Shown piece after piece: positions 32,067-41,108 of a stretch of 64,000 nt of DNA. The notes under the pieces are model-generated. The model was not told the origin of the DNA, did no database searches, and was given only the letters and a program-made list of their open reading frames with translations. This DNA is from a virus (Duplodnaviria > Caudoviricetes), in IMG/VR virus record IMGVR_UViG_3300021431_000091, positions 1 through 64,000 of that record; one strand, given 5' to 3'. Numbering within the stretch: the first letter of the stretch is position 1; every line of letters begins with the position of its first letter. The position numbers were made by a program, and so were the translations under genes.

Positions 32067-32406
32067 TCCCCAGCTCAAACTGGTGGCAATATCAAACGGA
32101 ATCAGCTCCCTCGCAAAACTGATGGGGACCGATACCGGAAGCTTGCTCCGTGCCATCAAGGGTGAAAGAGTGACCTGCAACGGATTCTATCCAAGATTCG
32201 TTCCGGATGACCTTATCATGGACATAGACGATTTCGGACTTGACCTTATTGAGTTTGACCTGGAGGTTCTGCAAGATGACAGGTTCATCTACACCACCAG
32301 GAACCAGAAGAGGACGGAAATCATCAAGGAGAGCGAATTTGCGAAGATACGCGACAACAGGCGCAAGCGTTACACATTCAATAACACAAAAAGCAAAAAG
32401 AAATGA
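32035..32406 (+). CDS. NUMOD1-like HTH DNA-binding protein
   Basis: [10 protein letters not shown]...SSLAKLMG...[16 protein letters not shown] pattern. Confidence 0.45.
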   Translation: METARRIAVFSPQLKLVAISNGISSLAKLMGTDTGSLLRAIKGERVTCNGFYPRFVPDDLIMDIDDFGLDLIEFDLEVLQDDRFIYTTRNQKRTEIIKESEFAKIRDNRRKRYTFNNTKSKKK

Positions 32407-32846
32407 AAAACGTAGAAGTAAAAATAGTCAATAAAGGCAACCAGCAATTGCCAGCATACGCAACAGTCCTCAGTGCCGGTGCCGACCTGAGAGCGAATAT
32501 TGAAAAACCAGTAGTACTCAAGCCGCTGGAGAGAAGGCTTATCGGAACCGGTCTGTATATAGCTCTCCCCGAAGGCTATGAGGCACAGGTGCGTCCTCGT
32601 AGTGGTCTGGCTCTGAAGCACGGAATCACCGTACTTAACACCCCAGGCACAATTGATGCTGATTACAGGGGAGAGGTCGGAGTCATTCTGGTGAACCTTT
32701 CAAACGAAGAATTTATCGTCAACCCTGGAGAGCGTATTGCCCAGATGGTTATTGCTGAGCACGCACAGGCAATCTTCATGCCTACCGACACCTTGGATGA
32801 GACAGAGCGCGGAGAAAGAGGCTTTGGACACAGCGGAGTTAAGTAA
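32403..32846 (+). CDS. dut: dUTPase (trimeric)
   Basis: [37 protein letters not shown] motifs. Confidence 0.97.
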   Translation: MKNVEVKIVNKGNQQLPAYATVLSAGADLRANIEKPVVLKPLERRLIGTGLYIALPEGYEAQVRPRSGLALKHGITVLNTPGTIDADYRGEVGVILVNLSNEEFIVNPGERIAQMVIAEHAQAIFMPTDTLDETERGERGFGHSGVK

Positions 32847-32865
32847 TCACTAAACATTTTATATT

Positions 32866-33186
32866 ATGGCACAGAAAAAAGAACCAATCCCCCTGCATCA
32901 TTTTTCATTTCCTGAGGTGATGAAGGGTCTCCAGGAAGGCAAGGTATTTACACGCTGGCATGACGGACGCTGTATTACAATGCAGATCCCAGCCAACATT
33001 GACAACGAGACAATCCCCAAGATGCAGAGCCTGTGTCCAAAGGCAAAGGAACTGCTCAGCTTGAAGAAGGGCATCTACTACAAGAACCAGGTGCTCATGC
33101 TCAAGCCACTGGGAGAGAAAGTAATGGCAACCTACTATCAGCCCTCATGGGAGGACATCTTCGCTAACGACTGGCTTGACCTATGA
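32866..33186 (+). CDS. DUF2829/Tad2-like protein (possible nucleotide-signal sponge)
   Basis: F.FPEVMKGLQEGKVFTRW...YQPSWEDIFANDW signature. Confidence 0.6.
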   Translation: MAQKKEPIPLHHFSFPEVMKGLQEGKVFTRWHDGRCITMQIPANIDNETIPKMQSLCPKAKELLSLKKGIYYKNQVLMLKPLGEKVMATYYQPSWEDIFANDWLDL

Positions 33187-33386
33187 AGAACGGATGGCAC
33201 GACACTGATAAGTTGAAGCCAAAAGCTGACCAGGTTATTGTCGGTATATGGGCATACCTCACTGAGACGTTTGCTGAGCTTTGCTATTACGACAAGGATA
33301 CGAAAGAGTGGTTCTCTGCCCAGCCTGGAAGCCAGGACAATGCGATTCAGGCACCGGACTACTGGATAGAGATGCCATACGACTAA
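33183..33386 (+). CDS. DUF551-like small phage protein
   Basis: WHDTDKLKP...DYWIEMP. Confidence 0.5.
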   Translation: MKNGWHDTDKLKPKADQVIVGIWAYLTETFAELCYYDKDTKEWFSAQPGSQDNAIQAPDYWIEMPYD

Positions 33387-33532
33387 GTGCCCGTTGACGA
33401 ACGGGAAGTCATTCAGGGGTTGCGGCCCTTGTTACTGGCGATCACGGAGGAACAGCAATGTTCCTCCTTTTATATTCCTATTGTTAAATACTGCTAACAA
33501 TCCTAATTTAGTGTTTCGTTTGTTCAATTTCG

Positions 33533-33564
33533 CTTGATTTTGTTTCATTTTGTTCATATCTTTG
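33533..33564 (+). promoter_or_regulatory. Bacteroidota sigma-A type promoter for recombinase
   Basis: -7 box TATCTTTG (33557-33564) with CTTG 20 nt upstream. Confidence 0.65.
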
Positions 33565-33590
33565 CACCCAGAAACTAAAACGAAGAGATT

Positions 33591-34175
33591 ATGAGCAAAA
33601 AACATCAACTTACAAAGACGGACTACCTCAGCACAGAGGAGTATCAGAAGCTTATAACGGGCCTGCATGAGGATCACGACGTACTGGGAGAGACCTATGC
33701 CAGAATAGCAAAAGCAACAGCCCTCCGTATCTCAGACGTGCTCCGTATCAAATGGGGCCAGGTTCTTGTAAGCAAGTTCACATTCGATGAGCAAAAGACA
33801 AAGAAGCGCAGGCCAATCCCATTTGCCGAAAAGACACTGGAGATCATGCGCGAGCTGTATGATATGAACGGTGCCCCAGGCCTTGACTATCTTGTATTCA
33901 TGAACAGCAAGACTGGGAAGCCCTATACCAAGCAGCACATCAACCAGTGCATGAAGGTATGGAAAAGCAAGTACCACCTCAATGTCGGCAACTTCTCCAG
34001 CCACTCTTTCCGCAAGTCATTCGGAAGGGAGCTGTGGGACAAGATGAACAACTCAGACTACGCACTGACTACCCTCAGCGAGATCTTCAACCACTCCAAT
34101 ATCGCCATCACAAGGCGTTACCTGGGAATTCGTGATGAAGAGATTGCGGAAGCCTATGAAATGATTGAGGTATGA
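33591..34175 (+). CDS. Tyrosine recombinase (catalytic domain only)
   Basis: ALRISDVL, HSFRKSFG, FNHSNIAITRRYLG = R-HxxR-H-Y; only 194 aa. Confidence 0.9.
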   Translation: MSKKHQLTKTDYLSTEEYQKLITGLHEDHDVLGETYARIAKATALRISDVLRIKWGQVLVSKFTFDEQKTKKRRPIPFAEKTLEIMRELYDMNGAPGLDYLVFMNSKTGKPYTKQHINQCMKVWKSKYHLNVGNFSSHSFRKSFGRELWDKMNNSDYALTTLSEIFNHSNIAITRRYLGIRDEEIAEAYEMIEV

Positions 34176-34753
34176 GAAAGTTCAGTGAAATGGTTGGCAA
34201 GTGCCGGATATGCGGTGCTGAGTACAGCTGCTACTTCTATGCAGACAGGTCACCGATAAGGAGGTTTATGCTGAAAGAAAAGGTATGCGGTACGTGCGCA
34301 AGCTGGATGACCAGGAAAAAGGACCCAGATGCCAAGGAGTATGTAATAGACGGGGAAGCCTACAACGTCTACCCATTCCAGGATAATATAGGACTGGGCG
34401 ACACAATAGGCAAGAAGAGATACCTTGTGGACATGGAAACCTGGAAAGCCATCAAGTCAAACGATGTGTGGCCCATAGGAAAGGTTCCGGCCCCGTTCTA
34501 CACTGGTGACACAGCCGGATTCATAACGGCACTGGAATTCAAGGCTGCCAGGTTCGGAATACAGGAATGCAAGGGCGTGGCCTGCCTTGACCGCTATACA
34601 TGCGTATTCTATGACAAGGAGAAACAGGAACCAAACGGGCCTGTAAACCAAATCCCGAAGGACTGGGTGGACGGCAGCGAGAGGTGCGGTACATACATTA
34701 ATATTAACAAAGCAAGCAAAGTGTTTATGGAATGGAGAAAAAGAAAGCAATGA
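34172..34753 (+). CDS. Cys-rich hypothetical protein
   Basis: CxxC pairs, overlapping stop/start. Confidence 0.6.
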   Translation: MRKFSEMVGKCRICGAEYSCYFYADRSPIRRFMLKEKVCGTCASWMTRKKDPDAKEYVIDGEAYNVYPFQDNIGLGDTIGKKRYLVDMETWKAIKSNDVWPIGKVPAPFYTGDTAGFITALEFKAARFGIQECKGVACLDRYTCVFYDKEKQEPNGPVNQIPKDWVDGSERCGTYININKASKVFMEWRKRKQ

Positions 34754-34908
34754 CCAAGAAGGAGATGATCCAGTTGTACAAGGACTACAACATCATCAAA
34801 CCAAGTGACCAGGCACTTGGGAGGTTTGCCAAAATGCTGGGTTACGCCAAGAAGCGCGTGATGACCAAAGGCAAGACAGAGCTCTGGTACGTATTGAATG
34901 ACAGATGA
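34750..34908 (+). CDS. Small hypothetical protein (52 aa, not in track)
   Basis: MTKKEMIQLYKDYNIIKPSDQALGRFAKMLGY...; ATGA overlap. Confidence 0.55.
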   Translation: MTKKEMIQLYKDYNIIKPSDQALGRFAKMLGYAKKRVMTKGKTELWYVLNDR

Positions 34909-34947
34909 TTTTAAGGCAGAATTCCTTGTTCAAAAACCAATTGTATT

Positions 34948-35199
34948 ATGAACAAGAATTTTTTCAAACCAAAATTTAAGATTCAGAGAGTTTACAACAC
35001 CTGTAACGAGGCAACCCTTTATTCAGTATCAGTTATGTACTGGTGGTTCCCAGTGTGGTTTATAGCACTAAGGCAGATTTTTGATAGCGGACGGATAAAC
35101 ACTGGTGATGCCGTATTCAATTCAGAGGAGGACGCGGTTGAGTACATCAAGCGTCGCTATAATGTAATTACATCGGAGAAATATGAAGAGAGAGGATAA
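34948..35199 (+). CDS. Hypothetical protein
   Basis: ORF with AT-rich leader. Confidence 0.55.
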   Translation: MNKNFFKPKFKIQRVYNTCNEATLYSVSVMYWWFPVWFIALRQIFDSGRINTGDAVFNSEEDAVEYIKRRYNVITSEKYEERG

Positions 35200-35503
35200 A
35201 ATTGACAAACTGATGAAAAGTGTGGAGGATGAGCTGACCGATGTGGATTCCTTCATGGTGGTGTTTGCCAACGGTCTGACCAATGAGGTATCCACTGGGC
35301 TGCTTTCAAATAATCCGTCAATGCTGATCTCAGCGATATGCGAGACGTTTGACATGCAGACCAATGACGACAAGGGCGTGAACTTCCTTGACCTGTTCAG
35401 CTCAGTCATCATTACCTATGCTAAGGCACACCCGAAGTTCGCCACACAATTCATCCAGACGTTCAACAGAATTATGTACGGAGTAGATATTGATATATGT
35501 TAG
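35183..35503 (+). CDS. Hypothetical protein
   Basis: ORF in operon. Confidence 0.6.
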   Translation: MKREDKIDKLMKSVEDELTDVDSFMVVFANGLTNEVSTGLLSNNPSMLISAICETFDMQTNDDKGVNFLDLFSSVIITYAKAHPKFATQFIQTFNRIMYGVDIDIC

Positions 35504-36357
35504 AATTCAAGCCATACGATAAGCCTCTCCTGAGGGAGATGCTAAGAGATCCCAGGGGTGTGAGGAATGACCCATACCTTATATTCATAGCGTATTTCTG
35601 GGACCAGCTGAAGGATGACCGCTACCAGTTTCTTTATGATGACGAAGATCCTGAAATGGTTCCCGAATATGACGAGTTCACAATTGACGGAAAGAAAATT
35701 GAGAAAAGCATATTCGAAACCATACTGGGTGCCTGCATGGAGGATATTATTTCAGCACAACAGAACAGGCTTACGGTAAGGATCAACGATAAGCCGTACC
35801 GCGTAAACAAGTTCCCAGAGATCGATCCTGCTGCCCTTCCGAAATTCTTCAATTTCGAGGTACATGACGACCTGGTTACAATAAGCCTGGATAAGGTCAA
35901 CACCTATATCCCGACTGGTGAGGACTATGAGATGGACATTGACCAGCAGACCAAAAACAGCAGGTCGTACCTTCATAAAATCGTGTACCTGGTGGAGAAT
36001 GACGATGAAGGATGGGACAAGCTTACGGACATTGAGGCCGTTGCCTATACCTGGGCTGTGAAGATGGCCAAATGTGAGGGTAAGGAAGCCGTTGCCTGTA
36101 TGCCTGAGATACTGAAATTCGTGAAGTATGTGGACAAGGAGCTCTGCGACATGGATATTGAGAACCTTCCAGACTGCTGGATTAACGACTTCAACCTGGC
36201 AAAGGTAACCATCGATGCCCAGTTCTCAGCCACACTCATGGAGAAATGGAACAAGAAGCACAAGCAGAAGTCCTATATTGATGAGATTGACGATGAAAAA
36301 GCCAAAGAATTCTGGTACGACAACTGTACAAGGCTGTTCTACGGAAAGAACGTGTAA
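35497..36357 (+). CDS. Hypothetical acidic protein
   Basis: 286-aa ORF in operon. Confidence 0.65.
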   Translation: MLEFKPYDKPLLREMLRDPRGVRNDPYLIFIAYFWDQLKDDRYQFLYDDEDPEMVPEYDEFTIDGKKIEKSIFETILGACMEDIISAQQNRLTVRINDKPYRVNKFPEIDPAALPKFFNFEVHDDLVTISLDKVNTYIPTGEDYEMDIDQQTKNSRSYLHKIVYLVENDDEGWDKLTDIEAVAYTWAVKMAKCEGKEAVACMPEILKFVKYVDKELCDMDIENLPDCWINDFNLAKVTIDAQFSATLMEKWNKKHKQKSYIDEIDDEKAKEFWYDNCTRLFYGKNV

Positions 36358-36518
36358 GACCTGCATCAGGTTCAAGCGTCCGGCACCGAGAAAGTGGAAG
36401 AGATGCCTGGACGGTATCATAAGCTGCAAGAACAGCTGGAAAGATGACTGTTGCCTTTGGTGGCGTGACAAGTAAATGAAAAAGCCTTCTTCTCTCTATT
36501 TCCTATAAAGAAACGGAT

Positions 36519-36776
36519 ATGAAGAAGGCTTTTTTGGATTTCCTAAGTATTGTAAAGCAGGTGTTCTGTACACCTGACGGCAGGCTGAGTAGCAAGCGCG
36601 TGTTCGGAGGCATGGGCTGGATGGTATGCCTTTGGGTCCTGATCCACTGCACGCTCAAGCATGTGGAGGCACCAGTGATTACAGAGGTCATAGTAATCGT
36701 ATCGGCCACACTGATGGGTGTCGGTATCTTTGACTCCTACGGAAAGAAAAAGACAAAGAAGTACGCGGATAAGTAG
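36519..36776 (+). CDS. Two-TM holin-like membrane protein
   Basis: DGRLSSKRV followed by two hydrophobic helices and basic C-tail; preceded by CTATTT motif. Confidence 0.55.
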   Translation: MKKAFLDFLSIVKQVFCTPDGRLSSKRVFGGMGWMVCLWVLIHCTLKHVEAPVITEVIVIVSATLMGVGIFDSYGKKKTKKYADK

Positions 36777-36780
36777 GACA

Positions 36781-37506
36781 CTACCGAGTAGCAGCAATAT
36801 TTTCCAGTATCACATTCAACAGTTCCCTGGCATCATCAGGTGTCAGGAAGTAGTTGCCGCACTCATACCTCTGGTTGTGCTGTGGTGTCTGGTTGTCCTG
36901 GGCTGCCCTCAATGTGAACCTGTCAGTGATGTACCAGTATGTTCCTCCGGCACGCATTCGGGGCCTGGGAGCTGATACCCACATGGCCGCTTCATCCCAG
37001 ACATAGCCGAAAGACTCCAAGGTGGCAAGTGATTTCTTCTTTTCCTTGAGCGTGAGAAGCCTAATGTCCGTACCATAGTCAATCTTGTACTTCACCTGCT
37101 TCAGGCCACTTCTTCTGTCCGGATAGCCGATAACAAGGTCACGCCTGTCCATCTGGAGAATAACACCATGAGACGGGAGGCTTGAATTCTTGGTTGCCCT
37201 GACCCAGGTTCCAGGACGGAGGCTGGGAAGCTTGATGATCTCGTCGGCAATGTTGATGGAGTAGCCCATGTCGAAAAGGTCGTCCATGAATTTGGCCAGC
37301 AGCTCGTTTGCATTCTCAAGCTTCCTTGTCTTTTCGGTAACCTCGAAGTCACGTATGATAAGTTTTGTCAGGCCATTATCCTCATAGTAAGCATCAACAA
37401 ATGCAATGCCGTTCTCGATCTTCCTGACATGGCCCACCGTGGAGCCGAAACGGATGATGCTGCCAGCGTAGATATGCAGCTCATCAAACTTGCTGAACTT
37501 TTCCAT
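36781..37506 (-). CDS. Hypothetical protein
   Basis: ORF, start set to MEKF downstream of promoter. Confidence 0.65.
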   Translation of the reverse strand: MEKFSKFDELHIYAGSIIRFGSTVGHVRKIENGIAFVDAYYEDNGLTKLIIRDFEVTEKTRKLENANELLAKFMDDLFDMGYSINIADEIIKLPSLRPGTWVRATKNSSLPSHGVILQMDRRDLVIGYPDRRSGLKQVKYKIDYGTDIRLLTLKEKKKSLATLESFGYVWDEAAMWVSAPRPRMRAGGTYWYITDRFTLRAAQDNQTPQHNQRYECGNYFLTPDDARELLNVILENIAATR

Positions 37507-37534
37507 ATTCTGCGGATTTATCAATTGCTGGGTG

Positions 37535-37542
37535 CAAAGGTA
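37535..37542 (-). promoter_or_regulatory. Bacteroidota -7 promoter box
   Basis: TACCTTTG(CA) on - strand about 30 nt before ATG 37506. Confidence 0.6.
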
Positions 37543-37680
37543 CAAAGGTTCTGGAAATTTCTCTTGTTAACGGATGTTATTGTGGTTTAATGTTTGTGAA
37601 AATTCAAAAAATTGGGCAACGCACAAATTTTCAGTTGGCTATTTAAGATAAAATGAACGAAATAATGAATAAGGAAAAAC

Positions 37681-38202
37681 ATGAAAACGGATCCTATTGA
37701 GAAACTTGTAAACTCTACTGGTTTCTCAGTAGATGATCTTAAAGCGTATGCTATGAAAGCAAAGGACATGACGTTAGGACAAGCTGATAACTCATTTCCT
37801 GTTCCGCTATTTGCAATCGGATACCTGAGTGACATTGAGCTGTCTGTATTATGTTTTGTGATAAACATGGCATTGTACCCAAGCAATAGTTTTGGTTATA
37901 CATGGGATAGCAGAAAGATTGGTCACGCTTTAAATATGGCTCCCAAAGAGGTGCGCGAGGCGAGGAACAATCTTATAGCTATAGGTCTGATTGAAAAATA
38001 CGAAGATCCGCTACCAAGTGGTGTGTTCAGTTATTGCCCTAACCCCTGGGCAATTGACAAGCTGGTCCGTTTATTCAAGCAGGTCGCCCCAGAGAAAATG
38101 AAGGATTTAAGAAAATACCTTGGTTTGATGCACGCTTCTGAAATAAGTCAGGATGCCATAAACCGATTTGTTGAATATCAAAATTTTATCAAGGAATTAT
38201 GA
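37681..38202 (+). CDS. Winged-HTH protein (replication initiator/regulator-like)
   Basis: IGHALNMAPKEVREARNNLIAIGLIEK wHTH pattern. Confidence 0.5.
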   Translation: MKTDPIEKLVNSTGFSVDDLKAYAMKAKDMTLGQADNSFPVPLFAIGYLSDIELSVLCFVINMALYPSNSFGYTWDSRKIGHALNMAPKEVREARNNLIAIGLIEKYEDPLPSGVFSYCPNPWAIDKLVRLFKQVAPEKMKDLRKYLGLMHASEISQDAINRFVEYQNFIKEL

Positions 38203-38690
38203 GCAGACAGATTTATAGGTGCGTCAAGTACAGCGATAGGAAGGCTATGGCAAAAGCTATAAAGGATGCTATCCAGGACCAAGAGGCTGGGTACATTCAA
38301 ATGCTTCGCTATACACAGGCATATTTGAAAAAGGATTTTCCAATGTTCTACTTCATAGCGTCAAGATCTCAGATATATGGCGTGTATAATGTAAAGGCTC
38401 TTGAAATAGAACGAATAACTGGGATAGACAGGAGGCGCTGCGACAAGCTAATCGATAAACTTGTCGATATGGGTTTTGTCGATGGTGTTGACAATAAGCT
38501 GAACAAGGATATTATCACGGTAAGCATTAATGGCTTACACCAATTCAAAACAATGTGCGAAGGCCTGGACGAGGATGATGTTGCCAGCCTTAGGGATATG
38601 ATTGGGGACAAATATTTTGTTGACTACTACAAAAAATTCAAAAATCAAATACTGGAAAAGAAGAAAGTGCCACCAAACGACGTACCGTAA
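38199..38690 (+). CDS. Winged-HTH protein
   Basis: IERITGIDRRRCDKLIDKLVDMGFV wHTH pattern. Confidence 0.5.
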   Translation: MSRQIYRCVKYSDRKAMAKAIKDAIQDQEAGYIQMLRYTQAYLKKDFPMFYFIASRSQIYGVYNVKALEIERITGIDRRRCDKLIDKLVDMGFVDGVDNKLNKDIITVSINGLHQFKTMCEGLDEDDVASLRDMIGDKYFVDYYKKFKNQILEKKKVPPNDVP

Positions 38691-38776
38691 TTGTGCAAAA
38701 ATGCACAATTTGGGAATGCCGAAATTGTGCAAAAATGCACAGTTTGATTCCAAAAGTGTGCAAAAATGCACAATTT
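38689..38776. repeat. Three palindromic iteron-like repeats TGTGCAAAAATGCACA
   Basis: Copies at 38692, 38726, 38757, followed by ~270 bp of AT-rich DNA. Confidence 0.85.
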
Positions 38777-39051
38777 GGGTACACGGAATAAAATATAAAG
38801 AATTAAAAAAATTGAATAAAGCAGGCGAGCTGCAAATTTTGGGTTTTATTTTTGGTATTCTTTTGGTTATTATAGATTATTGTAGGTTATATATGGACAT
38901 TCACCAGTTTCGCGTAAGCAATTTAAGTATGGTCGGCAAAAGCAAAAACCTTAAAAATAAAAAAGGTTATTATTGTAATCAATCACCAGTTTTTTGGGTA
39001 AAATAAAAAATTTATGGGGAATAAAATAGCAAAAATTTAAAATTAAAAAAT

Positions 39052-39636
39052 ATGGGAAAAAGAAAAAATCAAAATTCAAGTATCAACATGGGGCCGCACT
39101 CAGGAACCCGCTTTTCTGAGTTTGACCTGGCAGCCCGACGCACCACCATCCCGCTTCATTCATTCCTGAGGCCCGATGAGCTTTCCATGTATTATGTGCT
39201 TGACAGGCTTCCAGTGCGCTCAGAGGTGGGACTGGCAGACAACAACATCCAGCACATGCTTGCAAGGATCATGGGAACTTCTATGGAAAGGGTACGGTAC
39301 ACCATTGACAAGATGGCCAGCCTGGGTATTGTGGTACAGCCAGGAACAAACACAACCTACCTGGAGTCTGTCATTGAGTTCAAGATTGTGTATGACCTCT
39401 GTGTGAAACTGGGCAGCTACCCGTTCGGTTTCGGGGAATTCCTCAGGAATATTACGGGGAATACCAATGTGGACCACATAACCCCGAAGGACTACGTTAC
39501 GGCCTACAAGAACATGAATGACTGGTATGATATGGAATTCAGCCGCTACCAGGAGAAGAAGCGTAAGGAGGCCATGAAGAAGAATGATGGTTGGAGGTTC
39601 AGGAAGGATGACAACCTGGAGCCTGAGAATGATTAG
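39052..39636 (+). CDS. Winged-HTH protein
   Basis: LARIMGTSMERVRYTIDKMASLGIV wHTH pattern. Confidence 0.5.
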   Translation: MGKRKNQNSSINMGPHSGTRFSEFDLAARRTTIPLHSFLRPDELSMYYVLDRLPVRSEVGLADNNIQHMLARIMGTSMERVRYTIDKMASLGIVVQPGTNTTYLESVIEFKIVYDLCVKLGSYPFGFGEFLRNITGNTNVDHITPKDYVTAYKNMNDWYDMEFSRYQEKKRKEAMKKNDGWRFRKDDNLEPEND

Positions 39637-39662
39637 TATTAACAATTAAATAAAGAAGTATT

Positions 39663-39917
39663 ATGGGAGACTTGTTTTATTGGTATTTCATTGGTGTACT
39701 TGCCAGCATACCGTTTGCGTTCTATGACATGGGTATGTATCTGACAAATGAATCGTATTCAAAGGTTGGAGGATCAAAAGGAGCAAGGATTTTTGCGTTC
39801 TTTTTCTATCTGTTCATTTGCTTTGGGTCCTGGGTGGTGTTTATCCTGGATGCCTTTGCTTTTGTGTGTGACCTGATTGTCGGTATTAAAAGGTTTGGGA
39901 GGACTGGTAATGAGTAA
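39663..39917 (+). CDS. Small membrane protein
   Basis: Two hydrophobic segments. Confidence 0.6.
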   Translation: MGDLFYWYFIGVLASIPFAFYDMGMYLTNESYSKVGGSKGARIFAFFFYLFICFGSWVVFILDAFAFVCDLIVGIKRFGRTGNE

Positions 39918-40095
39918 GAGGCATTTCTATTTATGGATACTGTGGCACTTTTGCTTTTTGTGCCTGGGTGTAGTTTATTCTTACAGGTATATTGTGCGTT
40001 ATGATGGAATTATCTCGCTTATATGCGGATCTGTCCTTATCATAACTTCCCTGTATGGTATTCATCACTCAATTGAAAAAATAAATGAAAAATGA
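39910..40095 (+). CDS. Small membrane protein
   Basis: Hydrophobic; start MSKRH overlapping previous stop. Confidence 0.5.
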   Translation: MSKRHFYLWILWHFCFLCLGVVYSYRYIVRYDGIISLICGSVLIITSLYGIHHSIEKINEK

Positions 40096-40256
40096 AAAAG
40101 AGGGAATTGTTGGAGAATAAGGTTTTCCAGGCCGCTGATATGGATGATGAGATTGTGCTGGAGGTTTCCGGAGAGCATAAGTTCAGGACAGTTCGTATCA
40201 AGAAGCAGGAAGGAAGCAATAACAGAGTGTTGGTTTTAAGTACAAAAGTAAAATGA
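40092..40256 (+). CDS. Small hypothetical protein (54 aa, not in track)
   Basis: MKKRELLENKVFQAADMDDEIVLEV...; ATGA overlaps on both sides. Confidence 0.55.
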   Translation: MKKRELLENKVFQAADMDDEIVLEVSGEHKFRTVRIKKQEGSNNRVLVLSTKVK

Positions 40257-40468
40257 CAAAGAAGGAGTTTTTGAAGTTGCCTATCTGGAACAAGATTCCG
40301 GATAATGCAGAGATCCTGGGTACTGTTTTTAGTATGGTTAAGCACCTGGATGACCACAAGAGAGTGAAGAAGGTCAAGTCTGGAGGCATTTATGAGATGG
40401 ATGCTGACGTAAAGCTTATCTACAGTTCGCATAAAATAAGGGAGGCTGAGAGCAATGACCAAGAGTGA
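40253..40468 (+). CDS. Hypothetical protein
   Basis: ORF in tightly packed operon. Confidence 0.55.
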   Translation: MTKKEFLKLPIWNKIPDNAEILGTVFSMVKHLDDHKRVKKVKSGGIYEMDADVKLIYSSHKIREAESNDQE

Positions 40469-40727
40469 TATTCTGAATAATTATGTGTTCAAGTCGTTGG
40501 ATGAGAGCGCGGCAATGTGTGTAGAGCTTACAGAAGAGCCCATCCCAGGTTTCAAGACCACTGAGAGCGGTAAGAGAAGGTGTGGAAGGGCTATTCTGGT
40601 CACTAAGATATGTTCCAAGTGGGAGGTTAAGAAGGCACTGGAGAAGTTCAAGTTCCGTAACGGCACCACTATTTCTGGAAGGATAGGTTATTATGATTAC
40701 AGTCACGTAGTTTGGATTAAGCTATGA
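40455..40727 (+). CDS. Hypothetical protein
   Basis: ORF in operon. Confidence 0.55.
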   Translation: MTKSDILNNYVFKSLDESAAMCVELTEEPIPGFKTTESGKRRCGRAILVTKICSKWEVKKALEKFKFRNGTTISGRIGYYDYSHVVWIKL

Positions 40728-41008
40728 TAGATCAGGAACAGATTAAGGAAATTCAGGACAAGGAGCTTTCCGGCCCACCTGAGCAGAGCTGGAAGGACAG
40801 GCTTGTGGAAGAGTACCTGTATATTGATTCCAAGGTAGGAAGGCTGCATAGGTTCGTTGAGTGGGATGAGAGGTTCGCTAAGCTGGATAAGGAGAGGCAG
40901 ACGCTTCTTGTGAGACAGCTGGAGGCAATGAAGGAGTACCTGAAGGTTCTTGGGAAGAGGGCAAGGCTGGAGGGTGTCTGGAATGAAATAGCGAACATTA
41001 TACAGTGA
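40724..41008 (+). CDS. Small coiled-coil phage protein, possibly Acb2/crAss001_48-like
   Basis: RLVEEY..ID.KV.RL..F......F.KL...RQTLLVRQLEAMKEYLKVL.KR pattern. Confidence 0.55.
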   Translation: MIDQEQIKEIQDKELSGPPEQSWKDRLVEEYLYIDSKVGRLHRFVEWDERFAKLDKERQTLLVRQLEAMKEYLKVLGKRARLEGVWNEIANIIQ

Positions 41009-41070
41009 TCCCAGGCTATTTAAGGATGTAGTAATAATCTCATAAGTAAGTTTTAGGTTTTAGTTTGAGC

Positions 41071-41108
41071 TGGCTGCCCTGTCTGTGATGGATGGGGTAG
41101 CTTTTTGT
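41071..41108 (+). terminator. Intrinsic terminator ending the rightward middle operon
   Basis: GCTGCCCTGTC-TGTGATG-GATGGGGTAGC followed by TTTTT. Confidence 0.65.

Noticed and set aside
38602-39006. 134-aa ORF across the iteron and AT-rich region
   Set aside because: Its CAKMHN-like repeats merely translate the DNA repeats; low-complexity and probably non-coding.
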